A DNA stretch of 64,000 nucleotides from Geosiphon pyriformis uo1 (Eukaryota > Fungi > Glomeromycota), in the NCBI GenBank assembly GCA_016748015.1, contig JAAOMT010000097.1, positions 124,001 to 188,000 of the forward strand. The letters are read 5' to 3'. The stretch's first letter is position 1, and each line of letters begins with the position of its first letter. Both the position numbers and the translations under genes were made by a program. A model generated the notes under the pieces. The model was given only the letters and a program-made list of their open reading frames with translations. It searched no databases and had not been told where the DNA came from. This document shows positions 52,093-64,000 of this stretch, in pieces.

Positions 52093-53926
52093 GACTACCG
52101 TGTCAAAAGGAAGAATAACGCATCAACATATTTTTAAACAACAGATCACTTCTGCATGATTGTGACGTCATAGCGGTGACACAAAAAAATGCGTTCCCGA
52201 GACCTCTGAATTTTTTTCTAATATGAATTGAGACAATTGTTTTTTCTAATTTTATTAGGCACCAACTATGCCAGAGAAAGCATGTCGGAAGTTGGTAATG
52301 ACGAGTGGGTATGTGAAGAACAGCCCGCTTCGGTAGTTCGGTTTGCTTTGTTCAATAAGATGCTTTGCTTTTCTCTTGTTCGCTAGATGATAATTCCAAA
52401 AAAGAAAAGTTTTTGCAACATAATTCAGCAAGAAGCTGTTACCTAAATGCTAGTCTGTCCTGATCCTACCACACTTGAGTTCTTTTAGGAGTATATTGCC
52501 AACACATCGAGTCTACAAATATTGGAACATACTTATGATCAAATATTTCGAAATAAATTAAAGAAAATGAAAAAAAAACAATGAATCTATATAATTGAAT
52601 GAGATTCTTTCTAACTCTCTGCTCCCTTTTGATAAGAAGCAAGGGATGCTTGCCATTAATTGCAAGCTGATTTACAACTCACTAAGAACTGGCACATCTG
52701 AGGCAGCTGATTTATGATTTTAGATGAGTACATTTATTTTTAGGGTTATTAGAATACCGAAATTTTACTGCTGGATCTGAAGGGTATTTAAAAGTCTTAA
52801 GAAGAGTTGAATTTTTACTCCTTTTACTTTGATTCGATCTCGCCAAGAAGGTTAAATAAAAGTTAAAATCTTAAAATTTTAGACGTCATCTGGGATAAAA
52901 TGTTATCCACAATCGGGCGCACCGTCACTTTTCAAAAATTTATTGAAAATAAAATTTTATAATTATAAAAGTTTAGACAATTGCAAAAATAATTAATAAA
53001 AAACAAAATAATTTTAAAACAATTGTACCATTTTTAAATATACATTTAAAATTTGTTTTATTTCAGATTTTAAAATTCACATTATTAACAATTAATTGAA
53101 ATTATTTATTGTAAAAAAAGGTTATTTTGTAATTATATAATTAATAAAAATATTAAAAAACCAATTTTGCAGCAATAAATTTTATATAAAAACTATTTAT
53201 AAAACATTTAACTAAATTTGTAATATTAATGTCTTAAAATTATAAATTTATTATCAAGAACAATAAAAAAAAATTAAATTTTAAATTTTTAAATTTTAAA
53301 CAAATAATTTTAATAAATAATATTATTTATATATAATATATTTATTATTGTGTAAATTTTATTTTTTAAACATAATACTAATAATTAATTTGTAAAAGCT
53401 AAATTATTTATTATAAATTTTTAAATTTATGCAATTTTTTTTATTTTTTTTTATTTGCTTTTATAAAATATGATTCTATTATTATTTATTTGAATTTTTT
53501 GACTTTGACAATATAAATTTATGTTAACTAATTAAAAACTAAATAAATTTTTTTGTTGCTTTTTTGATAAATAATAACAGCAAATACTTATTTACATATT
53601 TTATATATAAATCTTGCTTATTTTATTTTTTAATTTGTTGTATAATTCTTTAACTGTTTTATTCCAATATAACATATTTGTAGTAACAATATTTTATTTA
53701 ATGCATTTATGTTAATAATTTATTTAAATCCCCAAGTGATTTTTTATTTCCACCAAACATTCGGTAAGTTTTTCTAGTAACATATGTACAATTATTTATG
53801 GGTTTAATAGTGAGGATATGGCATAAATTGATTGGCTAAAGTGAAGATCTACAATGTCGGAGATTGAGATCACATGACCTAACACTATTTGTAGGGTGTC
53901 TGCGAGAACTCGTTCGCGTCATAGCC

Positions 53927-55941
53927 ATGTCTTCTAGAACCCAAGAGTCAAAGCTTCAAGACCACTTGCAAGGTGGACCTTGGTGTCTTATCGAGTCAGA
54001 CCCAAGTAAGTTCACCACCTTACTTTTTGGGCTTTACAATAGGTAAAAAAAGTGTCCGAAAAGAAAATAATAGTCATCAATAGTCCTTTAATGCATTTAT
54101 AATTCTCTGTTTACAAAGCGGTATTCAGTTCCTTGGTAAGGGGTCTTGGGGTCAAAGGTGGTGAAGTCATTGATGTCTATTGGGACCTTGATGATAAAGA
54201 ATCTTGGGAACGTGAAGGGTAATTTATTTTGCCAATGAGGTTCACTTTTTTCGGTTTTTTTGGAGGGAACCCAATACTATTATTATTTTTCCTTCTATGG
54301 ATAGAGAGGTATATGGTCTAATTTTTCTCTTTAAGGTTAGTATGGAAATTGATAAGAGCGGGGAGGAATTTGACGATGATGAAGAATTGTTGCAAGTCTA
54401 CTTTGCTAATCAGGTATATTTTCGTGTTTCGATGTTGATTTTGCAATTCCAATCTTTTTTATTCAACTAATAGAATATCTTAATTCTGATAGGTGATTGA
54501 CAACGCCTGTGCCACACAGGCTGTTCTCAATATCGTCTTAAACTGTGATCGTCTTGATATAGGCCCTGAGCTCGAGAATTTTAAGGATTTCACCAGAGAG
54601 TTTAAGCCTCCGGTATACATTTAACCTTGAGTAGTGTTGAGATATCAAGTTTGAAATATTTTCTAACTTTCTTATTGATACAGCTCAAAGGTCTAGCGAT
54701 GACAAACACAGCCAGCTTCCGTAATAATCACAATCGTTTTGTGAGGTATTTGCCCGATCATGTCATCCATCTAAAATTAGATTTTGTCGATCTACATCAA
54801 AAACTCTCTTTTGATGCTCCTAAAAAGGTTTGCAGAAGATTTGCAAATAATAGAACAACAGAAAGCGAAAGAGTTGGAAAACGACGATTATGAAGATGAA
54901 GAACCCGTTTATCATTACATAGGCTATGTACCATTCAAAGGAAACGTCTACGAGCTCGACGGGCTCGCTCGCAATCCGCGCAAGCTTGGTAGCCACCCTT
55001 AATCTACTTTCTTCGATATCATTATTAAAAAGACCCAGACTGATTGATTGTAATTTTCAAGGGGCAATTGAGGGGAACGATTGGATTGAAGTTGCTCGAT
55101 CTTCTGTTAGTGAACGGATGCATAAGTAAATGAGTCTCAAAATTATATAATAATTTCACTTTTCTTTAGAGTTTAACTTGATCCTCACCTTTAATATTTA
55201 CCAGGTTTAATGATTCTGGGATTGCGTACAGCTTGATGGCGATCATTAAAGATCGGGAAATGTTACATGAAGAAAAAGCAAAAGATAAAGAGATTGAAAA
55301 AAAAGCGATTGAAAAGCGACTTCAAGAACTGGATAAGAATTGGTCAAAAAATAATGAGATAAATAAAGTATGTGATTTGATATTGCGATTTTCTTTTAGT
55401 TCAATTGCGTACATTTAAATTGAAAATACGTATTTATAGGGAACAAATGAGGACAATGAAAATGATGCTGGTCAAAGTTATGGGTCAGAAACTAACCGAA
55501 AAATAGAGGTTGTCCAAAAAATTCAAGATATAGAGTTAATAAGCGAAGTGGGTGAACTTTTAGAACGGCATAAAAATCTTATTCAAGAAATCAGACTAGA
55601 GCTTGAACAGGCAGAAAAGGAACGAGAAAACAAGATTAATGCTGAGGTACTGCTCGCTGATCAATCTTTCTCGGTTATCAATGGAGGAATTGAAAAATAC
55701 ATTTACACTCTATAGGCCGACAATGTTCGACGAAAGCACGACTATGTGCCTTTCTTGACAGAGTTTATAAAAATATTAGATGAACGGGGTGAACTCGAAG
55801 ATATTCTTGATGATTTGGCTTCCCAGGTAAAATAAACATGCGAATCTTCAAGATTTTTCGAACTTTAGAATTCGGGAGTATAAAACTAATAATTTCGACG
55901 CTATTTAGCCTATGGAAGCCGAAGAGTATGAGTATGACTAA
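53927..55941 (+). CDS. Ubiquitin C-terminal hydrolase of UCH37/UCHL5 (or BAP1) type
   Basis: [53 protein letters not shown], and C-terminal [16 protein letters not shown]. Confidence 0.92.
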
Positions 55942-56099
55942 TTAATTCTAAGGGAAATGTAAATGTTGGTTCACACTGTAAATATTTAACTTCATCATAG
56001 ATTCTAACGATTATAAGAGTTAAAATTATATTTCATAGTTTTGACTTCACAAGAAACATAACAATTAGAGAAACTTTGAGATTCGCTTTTTACCATGCG

Positions 56100-57468
56100 T
56101 CGCTTTGTGAGGTCTGAATTTTTCATTAGTCGGAATCTTCAAATTGCGGATAGATTGTAACAGGTCAATGATAGGCCATACTAAGGATTGCTATGTAACA
56201 CCTATTATTTCCCGTAGGGTCAAGGCTCTATCAAGCAATGGCCGGAGAAGATCCCCCGAGGCCATCTTCGTCTCTATTACAATCCCACAATTCCGGCAAT
56301 TGTACATTTTGGACCCTATGATTCTTTGGATGTTGCCACATTGACTACAAGTCTAACAATATACCTTTTGTTTTTCATATTTATTGTATTATATATTTTA
56401 TTCTTTTGATTGTAAGATCACATGTGTTCTTGTGTGGATTGGGCCCTTGTTATTTTTTCGATGTGAAAGGCCATAGTACATGTTTATCCTTACAAACAAA
56501 GAATGAAAAATCCTATAAAAATGATATAAAACAATTGTATCGATGTGCATATATATATATATATTCCTGGAGTGTGAAGGCAAGATAAATAGAAGTGATT
56601 CCAAGGTAATTCGGTAAAAATTCTGAGACTGAAAAGAAAGATTCTATGTGGATGCACCTTGTTGTCACTGTGCATTACGTTTAATAACTTTTTTCGCGCA
56701 ACCAATGCTTGATCAATCGCTTCGTCCGTGATGTTGGCAGGAGCTGAGCCTAAGCAACTTCTTAAGAGCATGCCAAGAGAGAGACCATGGCTCTGGAAAA
56801 TTTTCTTTCACCCCAAATAGCTGAAACATCATCAAAAAAAAGACATTTTTGTTGAAACGTCATAGGTTTTAACCATCCTCTTTGCGTGGCCATCTTGTAT
56901 CATAATGATGCGACGCCTTTTGCTCCATGTCACCACAATATTAAATGGAAATCTCCCCAGACCTATCCATTGCTACAATAGCTGCTTCTGAGAGTGGTCG
57001 AGATAAATTTTGACTAGCGTGCGGTTGAGGATGCCTTCCGTCTTCTGGCGTTTGCCACGGGCTGCTGTTGCCTTCCCTTGTGCTTTTTTGTTCTTGCGTT
57101 CTCTTCAGTAGCAAGAAGCTCTTCCCTGAATGCGGCAATTGAAGACTGTGTTGACGGCAAGAATATCTTGAAGAATTGTGCCCTTCAAAGGTTGCATCAC
57201 CGAAGAGGACTACAAGTTTTGCGGAATGGAGGGGGAAAATATATTGGAAAAGGTCAAAGGTAAAGTGGGAGAGTCAAGCACAGTGGGTAATGGCAACCTC
57301 CAAGACAGCACCATGGTTTGATCGTTCCCAGTAGGGTTTTAAACCCTTAGCGCTTGAAGTTGACGCCAGAACCGATATTCCTGATGAACTCACTTGTGGC
57401 GAAAAGTTGTTCTTGTCGCTTAAGAACCTCTTTTTGCTTTGCACTAGAGACATGAACAGAGGTAGCAT
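56100..57468 (-). mobile_element. Internally deleted Fanzor/IS607-type TnpB-like pseudogene
   Basis: Frameshifted fragments in TnpB order: STSSAKGLKPYW/NDQTMVLSWRLPLPT; VKIYLDHSQKQLL*QWIGLGRFPFNIVV; PANITDEAIDQALVARKK; zinc ribbon TCSQCGNIQRIIGSKMYNCRNCGIVI; RuvC-III-like RDEDG/RGIF/LRPLLDRAL. Element ends are uncertain. Confidence 0.8.
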
Positions 57469-57631
57469 TTTGAGAAGTCAGCTCCCGATTTTGATTATTG
57501 ATAACATAGTAGGCAAATCTTTTTATGATGTCATCAGATCCCGAGGAGATCAATAGATGATGCTCTTTAAGATTTGAGATCTATCTCATGAATAGCTCTT
57601 CTTTTCACCAACTAATCAAAAGATTACAATC

Positions 57632-60781
<3,150 letters not shown>

Positions 60782-61064
60782 ATATGATTTTATATGGATT
60801 ATTAAATGCTCGATTTGAAAATTTGGACAATTTTGGAAACAGGGTATTGGAGCGGTAATTTATTCGTATTTATCGTGTCTTTTTAAGGAACTTACAAGAA
60901 AATTAATAAAATTAGCAACTTACAAATCAACATGAATTATTCCATTATTTTATATATTTATTTTTTCTTAATTACTCTGCCAAAATTCATCTAAACTGTC
61001 TTCCCGTTCAAGACGCCCCAATAACTGGTCAGGAGGTACAATCACTATTCAAAACATATTGTCT

Positions 61065-61557
61065 TTAATCATTATCAATAGAGACTCCCTTAGCACGTAA
61101 TTCCGTTTTTGCCTCTTGTATTTGCTAGATTGGCAAGAGAAAATACTTGATTTTAAAATCATAAACAATATTGGAACTGTCACCTTTTAAATTGTTTGTG
61201 AGGCAGAATTTTTATACCTCCATCAGTTCAAAATAGGCATCATCACAATCACGAAACTTGAAGATATGGTATCCAATATTTCCTAAGGAATATGCACCAA
61301 AAGAAACCAGAGACCACCATGGCAGCTTTTACCAAATCAGATAAACCGAGTTTTATTTGAGTTTATTATTTTGGAGAACCAAAATTTGTCGTCTTTTAGG
61401 CAACATCTAGAAAGGAACTCGTGGAGAAAAAAATACATACCACTGGTAATATCTTTTCTTGAAATATAGCAGGCGTTGGAACGAATTTGAACAGGAGAAG
61501 AAAGTATATGACTGATGTGATACTAAGGAAAGTTGCGGTTTCTATGGCTCGTGTCAT
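61065..61557 (-). CDS. DPM3: Dolichol-phosphate mannosyltransferase subunit 3
   Basis: ILPV|LPWWSLVSFGAYSLGNIGYHIFKFRDCDDAYFELME|QIQEAKTELRAKGV; about 95 aa in 3 exons, absent from the ORF track. Confidence 0.93.
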
Positions 61558-61903
61558 TCTACGTTATATTTTTTATTTTGAAAAGAAACAAGTATGCTTT
61601 GATGTTTAACCGTTTTTATAACAATGGAAGTTCCCGATGTGTAGTTTATTCCGCAGTTTTCATGAATTTAAAGTTTTCTTAAAGCAATTATAACTACCAT
61701 TTTGAGTCCTATGGATGTAACCTAATCTCTTATTAAGAATACTCTTTAAGGTTTGAATCGATAATCTGCCGGGGCCATTTATTTTAATAGTGTTAGCATT
61801 GAACAAGTTAGTGTCTAATAAAAATGTAAATACCAACCTTTTAATTGTAATTTAGATAGAATCACAAAAAATCGAAAATATCGTCAAACTAAAGAAGTCA
61901 GTT

Positions 61904-62500
61904 TCAATGCCAAAATCCAGCTCTTTCGTTAGGCTCTCTGACGGGCCATGTTATCCAATTCCACTTGACTCCTCCACGAATTTTTTTTGGTTTACCCCCA
62001 TCGACAGGCACACCTAAGAAATTAAACGAATAGAAATTTTTGTTTTCTTGAAATTTGGAAAAGTTCCTTTAAGAGATTTTCGCTTACCATTCCAATATTT
62101 TATACCCCATGCTTTTCCGTGGTTTATAGTCTGTTAAGGAATCGGATGATAATATATGCGCAATAACTATAAAATATAGATCAAAGAGGAAGTGAATAGG
62201 ACTAACCTTTTTCTTGAATCTAATTTTTGTTACTTCAATATATTCCCGTCGGAAACCCTTAGCCATCCACTTGGTAGGCAGCTGTATTGATTCAAAGCAA
62301 AAGTTGCGGGTTAAGAATTCTCGACCTCGAGTTACGCTATCAAGTCCACGATTCACAGTAACATTCACACCAACCACTTTTTGTCCGATACCAAAATAAG
62401 GGAAGACATTTAACAATTGATATAAATTTTTACCCCTTTGTGACTCTACAACGACGGGAAGTTCAGAACTGTATATCAATTTCCTTGCTATGCTCGTCAT
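61904..62500 (-). CDS. Probable mitochondrial ribosomal protein mS34-like
   Basis: GKNLYQLLNVFPYFGIGQKV..YIEVTKIRF..HGKAWGIKYWNG..KKIRGGVKWNW. Confidence 0.65.
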
Positions 62501-62964
62501 GAATGACCTTTAATTGAGACCTCACAATTTTCTAAGATAACCTATCCAGGATTTACAATAATTATATACATATTTGCCACTTTATTATTGTAAATACAGA
62601 AAAATTATGGGATGAGGAAATTTTCAAAATAAATACAATAATAAAAAACACAACAAAAATGCCAAAAATATATTTAACAATAAATATATCACTTTATTTA
62701 TTTTTATTTAAGAAAATATTTTAACTATATACGTAATTTAAAATATTTTATTATATATAAAAAATAAGGTTATAATATTTTTTGCTAAATTTGGTTATAA
62801 GTATTAAAATTGGTAAAACACAAAAATTCAAAATCTGAATGCAAACTTTATTTAGAATATTTAATTCAGAATTGAAATTGCCATAAAATTTCTCAATCTG
62901 AATCCAACTTTTAATTTATCAAAAATCCAAACAAACAAATTCTTGGCTTTCCTCAGTTTGAGTC

Positions 62965-64000
62965 ATGGAAGGGAACTATTTCAACCGTATGTGTCCTAAA
63001 ATAACTTATTCCAATAAGATTGATGGTTGAAATAATACTTATTTTTTCTTTTTGGGTGTTTAGCTCCCGCAGAAAATCGCCCCAAATATAGAGCTGGTCG
63101 CAAGCCTACTGCTGTTAAAGTTTACACAATTAACCAGGAGTCTAGGTGTTCACTCAACTTTTCTTACAGTATAGGTTTATAATATGAAATATTTAAATTG
63201 TTCCCTCCATTAGATATTTGGTCGTTGAAAACGTTCCCAGCATTGGCTTAAAAAAAGAGCTTATTGAATTATGTGCACTATATGGAACTGTGGAAGAGTA
63301 AGTGCGTGATTAGCCAAATTATCTTAATTAATACTCAAATATGGTTTTGATTATTCAAGGTATAGACACTTGGATGATTATCCATGCGAAGAATTCACCG
63401 AGGTTTACTGGGTAAAGTTTCAATCTCTGGCTGAATCTAGGTGATATATTTTTCAAATCTTTAATTTTCACAAGTTATACTTTCTACTGGCAAGATTGAT
63501 CTAATATAGTGATCATGGAACCTTTTTGTGTAAGGGTAGCAAAGCGAAAAGTAGACGATCATATATTTTTTAGTTCCCCTCTCAGAGTTCGCTATGCACC
63601 CGAATATGAAACGGTACAAGACACTCGAGATAAGCTGTTTGAAAGACGTCAGGTGGTTGCAATAAAAACTGGAGAACATAAACCTCAACAACTGGGTGAG
63701 TAAAATTCGATTTTGTAGATTTTATCAAAAAGAGATGAGATTTGCTAATTTTCTTATCTAGAAACGAATTCTTCAAGGGGTTCATTCACAACCTATGCCC
63801 CGCCTCTTCCGTTGAGTCTTCCTAGCTCAACCAATTATTCACAATCAAATCTCTCTTTGAATTATTCAACGACTTACATGCCTCCTCAACATTCCACGTA
63901 TACGATATATCAAACGTTAGTGACTTTAATCAAAGAATAGCTATATTTGCTTTTTATTTTCTCATCTGTTCTTATAAATTGAAATATGGCAAATATTCAG
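62965..64000 (+). CDS. RBM48: RNA-binding protein 48, minor-spliceosome factor (runs off the window end)
   Basis: RPKYRAGRKPTAVKVYTINQESRYLVVENVP..ALYGTVEEYRHLDDYPCEEFTEVYWVKF..AKRKVDDHIFFSSPLRVRYAPEYETVQDTRDKL. Confidence 0.93.

Overview
AT-rich, intron-dense fungal nuclear DNA. The MATA-type HMG gene, the LINE family and the minor-spliceosome signals suggest Mucoromycota/Glomeromycotina, but the taxon is an inference. The first third holds three decayed minus-strand LINE copies around an importin-7/8 (NMD5-like) gene, then a lone 5S rRNA gene. The rest is a compact gene array: Alb1-like, TGL3-like patatin, a Tc1 relic, MATA-HMG, cytochrome b561, ICMT-like, RAE1, RUD3-like golgin, ERG6/SMT1, MCT1, endosulfine, UCH37-like, VMA1, DPM3, mS34-like and RBM48. 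Four features are largely hidden from the ORF track. (1) Minor (U12) spliceosome parts and substrates: a U12 snRNA gene (about 48513-48683), RBM48, and at least three U12-type introns (two AT-AC, one GT-AG). (2) The two AT-AC introns plus a 2-nt micro-exon, once spliced, give a candidate TopoVIB-like (TOP6BL/MTOPVIB/Rec102-type) meiotic Spo11 partner. (3) An internally deleted Fanzor/IS607-TnpB-like relic lies head-to-head with VMA1. (4) RAE1 appears to have a CUG start and a GA-AG intron. All exon models were read by eye, and family assignments come from recalled motifs, not database searches.
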